Of a stretch of DNA of 64,000 bases, positions 1 through 9,180 are shown piece after piece. Position 1 is the first letter of the stretch; each line of letters opens with the position of its first letter. Source of the DNA: Candidatus Shapirobacteria bacterium (GTDB lineage: Bacteria > Patescibacteriota > Microgenomatia > UBA12405); assembly GCA_030698565.1 (NCBI GenBank), contig JAUYJS010000008.1, positions 161,275-225,274 on the forward strand. Reading direction: 5' to 3'. The notes below the pieces were generated by a model, which was not told the origin of the DNA, searched no databases, and saw only the letters and a list, made by a program, of their open reading frames with translations. The position numbers and the translations under genes are program-made.

Positions 1-149
1 AGAATCATTTTTTAACTACGGAGACGTTCTTATCCAAACTGCCTCCGAAATAAATGAAATTGTATTTGAAAGAGTCAGCAATCCCGATCGTATAATAAAA
101 GTTTTAGAGGAATTGAGACATAATAATAAAGAAACATCAGGATAAAATT

Positions 150-368
150 ATGACACCAGATTTAAACAACCCCATTTTTTTTGCTCTAATCCAAAAATTA
201 TTTTTAATTTTTCTTTCTGTGTTCTATTTTATTTTCGCCATCATCATCACTAAACAGATAAGCATATTATCCAAAAGTATCAAAGATAAATTTAATTCAA
301 TTCTAATAACTGTTTCTTACGTTCATTTATTTTTCTCATTTCTTTTGATTGTTTTGGCCTTCCTGTAG
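150..368 (+). CDS. small hydrophobic hypothetical protein (72 aa)
   Basis: ORF encoding two predicted TM segments; no recognisable motif; could be spurious in an AT-rich leader region. Confidence 0.25.
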   Translation: MTPDLNNPIFFALIQKLFLIFLSVFYFIFAIIITKQISILSKSIKDKFNSILITVSYVHLFFSFLLIVLAFL

Positions 369-384
369 TATCATCAATTAATAA

Positions 385-2199
385 ATGCACTTTATTTGTC
401 GGTCTTTTATTGGTAGTCATTCGTCTACTAGCTGGTCTCAGTATTGGGAGAACGAGCCAGATGATTTTGACTTGGCGTCTCAAAAAGGACATCTTTTTGG
501 TTTAATCAATCTTGATGAAACTACTACCCTTGGTCGGGATATAATTTTTGAGCTAAATCAAAACTATTATTCTTCCGATACCTCGTTGGACGTGATTTCT
601 AGTTTAAAAAATACCCTTAACTCAATTTTAGAAAATCCACTTTTTACCAATTCCGGTTTAACAATTTTAGTCGCCATAGTTCTAAAAAATAGACTTTATT
701 TAGCTATCTTAGGAAATGGTCGGGTTATCTTAAGCCGTCAAAATAAAATTGCTTCCATTTTAGTTGGGCACGATAATGAAATTACAACAATTTCTGGCCC
801 AGTATTTTCACAAGACAAAATACTGCTTACCACCGATCTATTTTTTAGATCTATCGGTTGGAACCGAATTAAATATTTTCTTTCAGAAAACAAAATTCAA
901 ACTATAGAAGAAAATTTTTTATCGGCCTTATATTCTCTAAACAATCAAGAGAACCAATCTGCTGCCTTAATTCAAACCCAGGAAGAGGAGAACTTGCCAC
1001 CAACTCTTGAAACAGATCGGGAACCCGATTCGATTGAGACCAAAGCAACCACTTTTCCTAAAAAAAATATTTTAAAAAAATTTTTCAGTAAACCAGTTTT
1101 CGTTTCTTATCACGATAGTTATCAAGTAAACAAAAGAAAAAAAATAAACTTGGCCATGGCAATTACTTTACTTTTAGGGTTAGGACTTATTTCTTACGTA
1201 GGTTATCGAAAAAATAAAGCATCACGCATCGAAACCCAATACCAGCAGTTTAAAACCGAATTAGATCAGAAAATAAACAATACTCTAACCCTAAAAAATC
1301 TAAATATAAATTCAGCTCTGGAATCAGCCAAAGAACTTCAAACTATTTATCAGCAAATGTCAATTTTAAATATTCATTCTTCGGAATTAGCTGATTATCA
1401 GAAAAATATCAATATTTTATTAACTCAAACCGGCTCCGACAACACATTTGCCCCGGATTTTTTCTACGACACATCTTTGATAGTAAACAATCCCCAATTT
1501 AACCACATACTTCTTAATAACAATAAATTATATCTTCTAGATTCCAATACTGGTCGGATTGATTTAGTGGATACTGACAGTAAAAGTATTAAAAATTTAC
1601 TTATTAATAATCAACTCAAAGGGTTAAAAAATATTATTGAAAATAGTGGCAGTTTTTATGTTTATAACTCTGATAGTTTAAGTTTAATTACTAAAACAGG
1701 GCTAGATTCTAAGATAAAATTTACTTCTCCAATTATTCCAACCAGTGTCCAGTCATGGAACGGTGCCTTTTATGTTCTTGATCCTAGCAATTCCACTATT
1801 TGGAAATACGCCCCGAACTCATCAGGTTTCGGTGCTGCCACTAAATGGCTAAAAGAGGGAGAAAAAACTTCAGCCGACGCCACTTCACTGGCCATTAATG
1901 GCAAGGTTTGGACTCTTTCGACTTCAGGTCAAATTACGCCTTATTCTTTAGGAAGCAAAAGTGAATTTAAATTAAATCAAAAATTAGAAATTAATAATGC
2001 CGACAATCTAGCTACCACCACTACTGGTGAAAATTTAGTTTTTGTTGGCGATGATAACGTCGTTTATATAATTAATAAAGATGGAAATATTATCTCCAAA
2101 TATAACTTGGGTTCTCTTAAAGCTCTCGATCTAACCTTAAATAAAAACACAGTCTTTGTTTTATGTAGCGACCAAAAAATTTATAAAATAAATTTGTAA
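385..2199 (+). CDS. hypothetical membrane protein; N-terminal region resembles a degenerate PP2C-like fold (…LAILGNGRVILSRQ…LVGHDN), central TM, C-terminal beta-propeller-like repeats
   Basis: Long ORF, hydrophobic segment INLAMAITLLLGLGLISYVGY; repeated YV/..KDGNI.. beta-strand-rich C-terminus; PP2C resemblance is weak. Confidence 0.45.
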   Translation: MHFICRSFIGSHSSTSWSQYWENEPDDFDLASQKGHLFGLINLDETTTLGRDIIFELNQNYYSSDTSLDVISSLKNTLNSILENPLFTNSGLTILVAIVLKNRLYLAILGNGRVILSRQNKIASILVGHDNEITTISGPVFSQDKILLTTDLFFRSIGWNRIKYFLSENKIQTIEENFLSALYSLNNQENQSAALIQTQEEENLPPTLETDREPDSIETKATTFPKKNILKKFFSKPVFVSYHDSYQVNKRKKINLAMAITLLLGLGLISYVGYRKNKASRIETQYQQFKTELDQKINNTLTLKNLNINSALESAKELQTIYQQMSILNIHSSELADYQKNINILLTQTGSDNTFAPDFFYDTSLIVNNPQFNHILLNNNKLYLLDSNTGRIDLVDTDSKSIKNLLINNQLKGLKNIIENSGSFYVYNSDSLSLITKTGLDSKIKFTSPIIPTSVQSWNGAFYVLDPSNSTIWKYAPNSSGFGAATKWLKEGEKTSADATSLAINGKVWTLSTSGQITPYSLGSKSEFKLNQKLEINNADNLATTTTGENLVFVGDDNVVYIINKDGNIISKYNLGSLKALDLTLNKNTVFVLCSDQKIYKINL

Positions 2200-2211
2200 T
2201 TTAGGTTATAA

Positions 2212-2634
2212 TTGACCGTCATGAAGCATTTTAATAAAGACTCTCGAGATTACCAGTTTGTTGAAAAATTTGAAGCCGGCCTCATCCTAACCGGATCGGA
2301 CGCCAAATCTTTGCGTACCCAAGAATCCCAATTTTCTAATTCTAAAGTAGAAATTGTAAATGGTCAGCCAGTATTAATGAACCTAAAAATTCCAGTCTAT
2401 AAATATTCCCAAAGCCAAGAAATTGATACAACCCATGACCGTAAACTCTTACTGTCCGAAAAAGAAATAGCCAGAATTATCTCCTATCGTCATCAAAAAT
2501 ATATGATTATTCCAATTTCGATTTTTCTTAAAGGCAAATGGTTCAAGGTTGAAATCGGCATCGGTCGAAAAATTAGAAAATACGAAAAAAGACAAAAGAT
2601 TAAAGATCGAGATTTAAAAAGAAATTTAAATTAA
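2212..2634 (+). CDS. smpB: SsrA-binding protein SmpB
   Basis: 140 aa; motifs E.GLILTGSDAKSLR, DRKLLLSEKEI and a basic C-terminal tail typical of SmpB. Confidence 0.85.
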   Translation: MTVMKHFNKDSRDYQFVEKFEAGLILTGSDAKSLRTQESQFSNSKVEIVNGQPVLMNLKIPVYKYSQSQEIDTTHDRKLLLSEKEIARIISYRHQKYMIIPISIFLKGKWFKVEIGIGRKIRKYEKRQKIKDRDLKRNLN

Positions 2635-2694
2635 TTTTTTTTAAAGAGGCTAATTTATTTTTGAATTGTCAAAAATGGTAAAATAAATTACAGT

Positions 2695-3540
2695 ATGACA
2701 GATAATTTATATTTTCTATTTTTAGATGAAATCTATACGCCAAATTTAAATGAATTTAGAAATATCATTAAAGATGAGATATTTAATAAAATTAAACATT
2801 GGCATTTTGGTATTGCAGGCACAATATTTCCCGCATCGGGAGTTTATGATATCTATGATAAATCACGAAAAATAAAAAATAAATATTATTCAAAACAAAG
2901 TAATTTAATATTTCATTATGTTGATACTTTGAATAAAAAGGATGCTTTTTCTGATTTAGCAAAAGATCCAGAAAAATACTGTAAATATACTTTGAGTTTA
3001 AATAGTTTAGTCGAAAATTCTGATTTTAAATATATTTCTAGTTTTGTTGATAAACACGAACTAATAAAAAAATATGGAGTTTTTGATACAAACAAAAAAC
3101 TGGTAAAAATCCAAAAAATTGGTTCAAATTTATTTCCTAAAAGTCCGTTTTTAAATTATAATTTATATTTATTGTGTCTTAAAAACATCGTGGTTGAGTT
3201 TTATAATTTTATTTCCAGTCGAAATATATCAGCCAGGGGAATTATTGTAGCTGAAGCCCGAGGAGAAAGAGAAGATTCTGAATTAAGACAAGCATTTCAA
3301 AAAATGTATTATTATGGAGTTTCCTCTATTCAACCCACTCAACTTAGACGAGTAATTTTGGATTTATTTATCGTTCCTAAAACACAGAATTATGTTGGCA
3401 CTCAAATAACTGATATGTTAATTTATCCAACTTACGATACTTTTGTCCCAAATCATAATTCAAGAAAAGACCATTTTATTACATTTAATTCTAATCTAAA
3501 GAGAAAATTTTTAAACAGTGGAGTCAAGATTACCCCATAA
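2695..3540 (+). CDS. hypothetical protein
   Basis: 281-aa ORF; N-terminal LFLDEIY faintly DUF3800-like; no firm assignment. Confidence 0.45.
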   Translation: MTDNLYFLFLDEIYTPNLNEFRNIIKDEIFNKIKHWHFGIAGTIFPASGVYDIYDKSRKIKNKYYSKQSNLIFHYVDTLNKKDAFSDLAKDPEKYCKYTLSLNSLVENSDFKYISSFVDKHELIKKYGVFDTNKKLVKIQKIGSNLFPKSPFLNYNLYLLCLKNIVVEFYNFISSRNISARGIIVAEARGEREDSELRQAFQKMYYYGVSSIQPTQLRRVILDLFIVPKTQNYVGTQITDMLIYPTYDTFVPNHNSRKDHFITFNSNLKRKFLNSGVKITP

Positions 3541-3550
3541 AAACAAAACA

Positions 3551-3573
3551 AGGCCTTACGGCCTTTTTTTGCG
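3551..3573 (+). terminator. rho-independent terminator (AAGGCCTTACGGCCTTTTTTTG)
   Basis: GC stem AGGCC/GGCCT with 4-nt loop followed by a T7 run immediately after the stop of the 2695..3540 ORF. Confidence 0.55.
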
Positions 3574-3880
3574 AACAGAATAACTCTATTCCCAATTTTT
3601 ATTGTACTATAAAAAACCAAACAAGCAATGACGATTATTCTATCACCTGGAAAATTTCATTCTTTCTGACAAAACTTCTCAATAAATCCTGAAAGGGAAT
3701 GGGATTTAGTTGAGATATATTTTTAGTTATTGCATCTAATTTAATTTTTTCCTGATTGTCTCTTAAATCAAAACTAAACCAAGCATTTTTGGCAAAAAGT
3801 TTTTTGGGTGGGTACATAAAATCATTTGGATTCCAGTCCAAACCAAAAAAAATGAGGATTTATCCTCCGTAGCTTTAGCG

Positions 3881-4314
3881 TAGGAGGAGATGCCAAGTAG
3901 TGAACCTGGGTCCGAAAGTGGACATTAAAAAACATCTACAAGCTTAATTTACTTTATCCTACGCTTTCAACAACTAAAGTAAACGAAAAGTGTTGAAATG
4001 TCGATTAGTGAGGGCATTACCCCTCTCTTAATTCTTCAAGAAATCGAGATCTTAAAGTCAGCATTCTGGTTTAATTTACACTTCTTAATTCCCTCCAGAA
4101 TAGAGGACTAAAAAATGGCTTTCTTATGCTAAAGCTTGGAAGCTAGTAGCGTAAGCAGGAGCAGCGATTTTACCAATATAATTGGAGAAATCAGTTGCTA
4201 AAGCACTAAGTTTTTCCTTAGCATGTTTGTTTTCAACCCTGTTTAACGACTCAATGGATCAAAGTCGGCTTGCAGTTTTTTAAAGTACTCACTCCGTCAA
4301 TGCAATACATCTCC
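3881..4314 (-). ncRNA. ssrA: tmRNA (ssrA) candidate
   Basis: Minus strand: 5' GGAGAUG-UAUUGCAU-UGACGGAG (compare E. coli GGGGCUG..UUCGACGGG); 3' end ACUUUCGGAC-CCAGG-UUCACUA-CUUGG-CAUCUCC (compare AUUUCGGAC-GCGGG-UUCAACU-CCCGC-CAGCUCC); perfect 7-bp acceptor pairing between the two ends; internal tag ORF ...GCU GCU CCU GCU UAC GCU ACU AGC UUC CAA GCU UUA GCA UAA (AAPAYATSFQALA*), compare E. coli ...UAC GCU UUA GCA GCU UAA; smpB lies 1.3 kb away. Confidence 0.6.
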
Positions 4315-4422
4315 GAAATAATCTTCGTATTATACCATACAAATACTTATATTTTTTTTTTTAATTAAAGCAATTTTCATTATCATATTTCAACTCATTA
4401 AAAATAGTTATAAATTTAACCA

Positions 4423-5073
4423 ATGTCCTTAATTTTAGATTTAATTTTTCCCAAAAAATGTTATGGTTGCCACCAAGAAGGTCAATATTTTTGTTCAAAT
4501 TGTCTTGATAAATTAAATAATATTCCTATTAAGCCACTTGTCGGCAGTAAACTGGAGAGTTGTTTGAGTCTTTTTAAATATAAATCAATTATCAAGTCAG
4601 CTCTGTTAGATTTAAAATACGGCTTTGTCTCCGATCTTGCCGATGAATTAGCCAATATTTGTGTTAACCGTATTAAAAAGGATTATCCTAGTTTACTAAA
4701 ATATTGGTTGGACAATAATTTCATTCTTATTCCTATTCCACTTCATCAGCACCGATATAATTGGCGAGGCTTTAATCAAGCCCAAATCTTAGGTGAAAAT
4801 ATTGCCGCAAAACTAGGCTTAAAATATTCAGATCAATTTTTTTATCGAACCTTAAATACATCAGCTCAGGCAAAATTAAAAGATAAAACCAATCGATTAT
4901 CCAATGTGGCCAATGCTTTTGTTTTAAATCCAGATAATATAGAAAATTTACCTAAAAATATTATTCTTTTTGATGATGTTACCACCACTCAAGCAACTTT
5001 AAATTCAGCCGTTACCGCGTTTAATTCCTCGCATGAAAACCACCATTATTGGGGTCTGACTGTGGCTGGCTAA
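4423..5073 (+). CDS. comFC: ComF family protein (phosphoribosyltransferase-like competence protein)
   Basis: N-terminal CxxC...CxxC zinc finger (CYGCHQEGQYFCSNC); C-terminal PRTase motif IILFDDVTTTQATL. Confidence 0.7.
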   Translation: MSLILDLIFPKKCYGCHQEGQYFCSNCLDKLNNIPIKPLVGSKLESCLSLFKYKSIIKSALLDLKYGFVSDLADELANICVNRIKKDYPSLLKYWLDNNFILIPIPLHQHRYNWRGFNQAQILGENIAAKLGLKYSDQFFYRTLNTSAQAKLKDKTNRLSNVANAFVLNPDNIENLPKNIILFDDVTTTQATLNSAVTAFNSSHENHHYWGLTVAG

Positions 5074-5734
5074 GATCGCTAATAAGTCTTTCTTTTTTAA
5101 TTTCTTCAGCAGTTTTTAATAGTTCCGGCTCATTTTTAAAGATATCAGTATCTTCTCCAATTTGAACACCTTCAATCGGAGTCAATGAACTTAGGTAAAA
5201 ATTTTCTACAAATAAGCCATGATTTGACAATGAATCTCTTAGTTCCTGTTTAATTTCATCCTCAATTAAACTCCTGTCTGTCGATAGAGCTTTTACTAAG
5301 GTGTGACAAGTTAATACCTTTCTAATTCGGCTTCGAGTTACCGGTCTAACAACTTTTGATACAAAATTTTCTCCAATATTTTGCCATATTTCCGGTAGTC
5401 TTTCTGTATCAAGTTTAATTAAAGCTGTGGCTTCGACTGTAACAAATTTATTGTCAGCCGTAACCGCATTAATAATTTCATCACTCATCGCTTCTTTGTT
5501 ATCTTTAAGGACGACATCCTTAGCAATAGTATATTCAATTAACTGAGCATTAAACAGTTTTACACGATGAATAATCGGAATCTTAAAATGCATTCCTGGG
5601 TACCACACATTTTTCAAAACTCCCTGAAACACACTATAGATACAGCCAACATGACCCGGAGGCACAGTGACGATAAAACCGCCAACAATTTCGTCAACTA
5701 AAAGCGATACTAATAAATTATCTATTGATGCCAT
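5021..5734 (-). CDS. SPFH/band-7 (prohibitin/HflC-like) domain protein
   Basis: 237 aa, N-terminal hydrophobic segment followed by a typical SPFH-like core; family-level call only. Confidence 0.55.
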   Translation of the reverse strand: MASIDNLLVSLLVDEIVGGFIVTVPPGHVGCIYSVFQGVLKNVWYPGMHFKIPIIHRVKLFNAQLIEYTIAKDVVLKDNKEAMSDEIINAVTADNKFVTVEATALIKLDTERLPEIWQNIGENFVSKVVRPVTRSRIRKVLTCHTLVKALSTDRSLIEDEIKQELRDSLSNHGLFVENFYLSSLTPIEGVQIGEDTDIFKNEPELLKTAEEIKKERLISDLSQPQSDPNNGGFHARN

Positions 5735-5752
5735 ATTTTGATGAATTATACA

Positions 5753-6400
5753 CTAAAAAGCAGCCGATAATTCTAATAATTCTTTTTCCGGATCAGCCGC
5801 TGTAACAATAGCTGAAGAAACCAAAACTCCCTTTGCTCCCAAACTCAAGGCAATCTCCACATCCTTTGTTGACTTGACTCCGGCTCCCACTAACACAGGA
5901 ATATTTGGATAAAATCTGACAAATTTTTCAATCGATTTTACTTCGTCAGTCGAAACCGATTTATCTTTACTACCAATTAAATAACTAGGTTCATAAGCAA
6001 TGATATCCGCCTTTATGTTTTTAGCCCAACTTTCTGCTTGTCCAGTAGTTTGCAAACAAACAACTGACCTGAAATCTTTTGGCCACTTTTTCAAAATACT
6101 TTTTATTGTTCCTGGTTTTAATTTATGTTCGGAATGATTAATGATTGCACCCATTGCTCCAGCCATTTGGGCGGCAATAGGGGAGATATAACCAGATTTG
6201 GCTCCTTCTTCGTACAGGTCTACACTTTCAACTAACACTTCCATATCTAGTTCATGTTTAATCCGATAAACATCCAGAGCTGAAACCGCCGGTATGATTT
6301 TTATATTCCTTTTTTGAGCTACAGATTGGCAAATTTTGGCTAATTCAAGTGCACCATCCCCAAATGTTTCTCTGTAAATTTTAAAATTAACGATGATCAT
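5753..6400 (-). CDS. tpiA: triosephosphate isomerase, short archaeal-type
   Basis: 215 aa; motifs NFKIY...G, INHSEHK, AYEPSYLIGS, VLVGAGV typical of ~220-aa archaeal-type TIM. Confidence 0.7.
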   Translation of the reverse strand: MIIVNFKIYRETFGDGALELAKICQSVAQKRNIKIIPAVSALDVYRIKHELDMEVLVESVDLYEEGAKSGYISPIAAQMAGAMGAIINHSEHKLKPGTIKSILKKWPKDFRSVVCLQTTGQAESWAKNIKADIIAYEPSYLIGSKDKSVSTDEVKSIEKFVRFYPNIPVLVGAGVKSTKDVEIALSLGAKGVLVSSAIVTAADPEKELLELSAAF

Positions 6401-7902
6401 TGTATTTGGTATTTTTGAATCATTTGATTTAGGCCATTTCTCAATGGGACCATAATATCGGCTGCACTATTATTATCTAAAGCTATGCTATTTATAGCAT
6501 CACCAAAATATTTTTCCATATCTTTGTTTAAACCATCACCAAACGTGCGAGAGGATAAGTAACCACCTGAAGCATTATTGGCTGCCGCTACAAACGGCTG
6601 TACCATCGAATTATCGGCAATTTTATCGGCCATGCTTTTTCGGGGATAAATTTCTCCAAAATCTCTTGTTTGAGAAGCCGCTTGATACATCTTTTCCAAC
6701 GTATCCTGTGAAGCCATGAATTCCAAGAATTTCCACGCCTCTTTTTGTTTTGTGCTTTTGGAATTTACACCCTCAACCCAATAACTTGCCCAATGAATGT
6801 TTGTTAATTTGCCAGAAGCGCTGTTTTTATCCATGTTAGCATTGTCCAAAACTGGCAGCTGAGGTACCATAGCAATACCAAAATTTAGATTTTTATTAAT
6901 ATCCTTAATATTAAAAACTCGCCATGATGGGGCAAAATAAAAAGCCAATTTGCCATTCGCAAACAACTGAGTTGATGATGGCAAGCTTTCGTCCCACACA
7001 TGGTCTTTGGTTCTAAATAAAGTATAAAATGTCAGTACATCCTGAAGTTTCTTGTTATTAGCATCATCATTTATTAGTGGATTGACTCCGTTTTGTTTCA
7101 TCATTAGCCCGATAATATCATTCCAATGGTCAACATTATTTATCAACCCCATGGCTACTCCAGCCACTTTTATATTGCCATTATCATCTTTAACAGTTAA
7201 TTTATTAGCTGCTGTTTCCAAATCCCACCAGTTTTTTGGCAATTCTACTTGAGCTGCATTAATTAAATCCTTATTGTAATACATCGCTAGTCCGTCATAC
7301 ATCAAAGGGATAGCCATATAAGAACCCTTTTCTACCAAATCCTCTTTGTATGTATCAAAAAAATCCGTATCGAGCTGAATATTTTTTACCGTTGTCGCTG
7401 GCACAGGGGCTAAGTAATCTCTAAAGCTCGGAATCCAACTTTGGTGAATTCGATAAATGTCAGGCACTTCTTCGCCAGCCACTCCGCTTTTAGCCAATCT
7501 ACCTTGTAATCGAGAACCATAATCATTTTTCTGGTTCATTTTATAATTAATCTTTATTCCTGGATTTTTACTCTCAAAATCGGCAATTATTCCTTCTAAA
7601 ATATTTGAATCTTCCCATAGCCCCCAATAGTTAACTACTACCGGTTCTTTCTTCAACCCATCTTTGATTTTAGGAATTACAATTCCAATCAATACACCGA
7701 GTAGTATCAAGGCGATTAGACCAATCCCACCAAACTTAATCAATTTAGGATCAAATTTTGGTTTTGGCGTTATTGGCTCAGGTGTAGCTGGGTTCGAAAC
7801 CGCGGGAATTGGCGGCAAGGAATTGGCCATCTCTTTTTCCGGATTAAGAGGTATATTTATTCTCCGAGGTGGTAATGGTGATTTAATATCGTCGATGCTC
7901 AC
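6397..7902 (-). CDS. ABC transporter extracellular solute-binding protein (family 1, sugar-type) with N-terminal proline-rich segment and TM anchor
   Basis: 501 aa; TM anchor GGIGLIALILLGVLIGIV; SBP_bac_1-like length and W/Y-rich composition. Confidence 0.55.
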   Translation of the reverse strand: MSIDDIKSPLPPRRINIPLNPEKEMANSLPPIPAVSNPATPEPITPKPKFDPKLIKFGGIGLIALILLGVLIGIVIPKIKDGLKKEPVVVNYWGLWEDSNILEGIIADFESKNPGIKINYKMNQKNDYGSRLQGRLAKSGVAGEEVPDIYRIHQSWIPSFRDYLAPVPATTVKNIQLDTDFFDTYKEDLVEKGSYMAIPLMYDGLAMYYNKDLINAAQVELPKNWWDLETAANKLTVKDDNGNIKVAGVAMGLINNVDHWNDIIGLMMKQNGVNPLINDDANNKKLQDVLTFYTLFRTKDHVWDESLPSSTQLFANGKLAFYFAPSWRVFNIKDINKNLNFGIAMVPQLPVLDNANMDKNSASGKLTNIHWASYWVEGVNSKSTKQKEAWKFLEFMASQDTLEKMYQAASQTRDFGEIYPRKSMADKIADNSMVQPFVAAANNASGGYLSSRTFGDGLNKDMEKYFGDAINSIALDNNSAADIMVPLRNGLNQMIQKYQIQ

Positions 7903-7967
7903 TCTTATATAATATCTTAAAACGCCTGCTTCTGGCCAGATCTTATTTATTTTGCTAAACTTCCGCC

Positions 7968-8726
7968 ATGTCTGCTTTGATTTTACCCTTGCTTGCCGCT
8001 TTGCTTGTCAGTTTAATTTCTCTTATCGGAATTTTTTTCGTTTTTTTTAAACTGTCATCAATAAAAAAAATTACTATGATATTGGTTAGTTTTGCTATTG
8101 GTGGTCTTTTGGGGGATGCATTTATTCATCTATTACCAGAATCCTTTGAAAAAATAAGTTCAAAAACAGCCGTCTCAATCTTTTCCATAGCTGGAATTCT
8201 TTTGTTTTTTACCTTAGAAAGAATCCTCCGTTGGCGCCATTGTCATGAAATCGATTGTCAAGAGCCAAAGGATGAAGATCACCATGTCGTCACTTTAAGC
8301 CTAGTTGGTGATACCGTCCACAATATGATCGATGGTATGGTAATTGCTGCCAGTTTTTTTGTCAGCCAGCCTGTTGGCATTGCTACTACCTTAGCCGTTA
8401 TTTTGCACGAAATTCCACAAGAATTAGGTCATTTTGGTATTTTAATTCACCATGGCTTATCAGTTAGAAAAGCTATATTTTATAATCTATTTTCTGCCCT
8501 TGCTAGTGTAATTGGAGTATTATTGACCTATTTTCTGGGTAATTATATTGGTCATGTTTCAATTTACCTTCTTCCTATTACCGCCGGCGGCTTTATCTAT
8601 TTGGCATCTTCGGATTTAATTCCCGAACTTCATCGTCATAACCCAAAAACCACCGAATCTATTTTCCAATTATTTTGTATTATTTTAGGTGTTAGTCTCA
8701 TGTCGTTGCTTACATTAATAGAATAA
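7968..8726 (+). CDS. zupT: ZIP family metal (zinc) transporter
   Basis: 252 aa polytopic; signature HEIPQELGHFGILIHHG (ZIP HExPxExGDF motif). Confidence 0.75.
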   Translation: MSALILPLLAALLVSLISLIGIFFVFFKLSSIKKITMILVSFAIGGLLGDAFIHLLPESFEKISSKTAVSIFSIAGILLFFTLERILRWRHCHEIDCQEPKDEDHHVVTLSLVGDTVHNMIDGMVIAASFFVSQPVGIATTLAVILHEIPQELGHFGILIHHGLSVRKAIFYNLFSALASVIGVLLTYFLGNYIGHVSIYLLPITAGGFIYLASSDLIPELHRHNPKTTESIFQLFCIILGVSLMSLLTLIE

Positions 8727-8763
8727 GTTTGATTGACGAGGCACGCATAAGTTATAATTTTTC

Positions 8764-9180
8764 ATGAAAATAAATGTTTTTACTGATGGTGGAGCTAGAG
8801 GTAATCCGGGCACAGCTGGATTTGGAGTAGTTATTTATGGCGAAAACAAAAAAATTATTTTTCAACAAGCCAAACATATTGGAATCAAAACTAACAATGA
8901 AGCCGAGTATTTAGCCTTATTATCAGCCTTAGAATGGATAAAAGATAATAAAAACAATTTTAATATCAGCCAAATTGATTTTCATTCCGATTCTCAACTA
9001 ATGGTTCGCCAAGTTCAAGGAGTTTATAAAGTAAAAGCCGGCAATCTTCTACCGCTTTTTAATCAAGCCAAACATTTATTGCCTTTAATTAATCTACCAT
9101 GTCAATTTATTGATATTAAAAGGGAATATAATAAATTAGCCGATAGTTTAGCCAATCAAGCCATGGATCAAAAACTATGA
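8764..9180 (+). CDS. rnhA: ribonuclease HI
   Basis: 138 aa; TDGGARGNPG...NNEAEYLALLSALE and HSDSQLMV motifs of RNase H. Confidence 0.8.
   Translation: MKINVFTDGGARGNPGTAGFGVVIYGENKKIIFQQAKHIGIKTNNEAEYLALLSALEWIKDNKNNFNISQIDFHSDSQLMVRQVQGVYKVKAGNLLPLFNQAKHLLPLINLPCQFIDIKREYNKLADSLANQAMDQKL

Noticed and set aside
3845-3889. Plus-strand reading frame ...KKNEDLSSVALA* that looks like a tmRNA tag peptide
   Set aside because: It lies antisense to the 3' acceptor/T-arm region of the better-supported minus-strand tmRNA. The plus strand lacks the UUCGACGG and UUUCGGAC conserved blocks and a T-loop.
7052-7912. Small plus-strand ORFs (7052..7252, 7664..7912) inside the solute-binding-protein gene
   Set aside because: Antisense to a long well-supported CDS, low-complexity translations; typical shadow ORFs.
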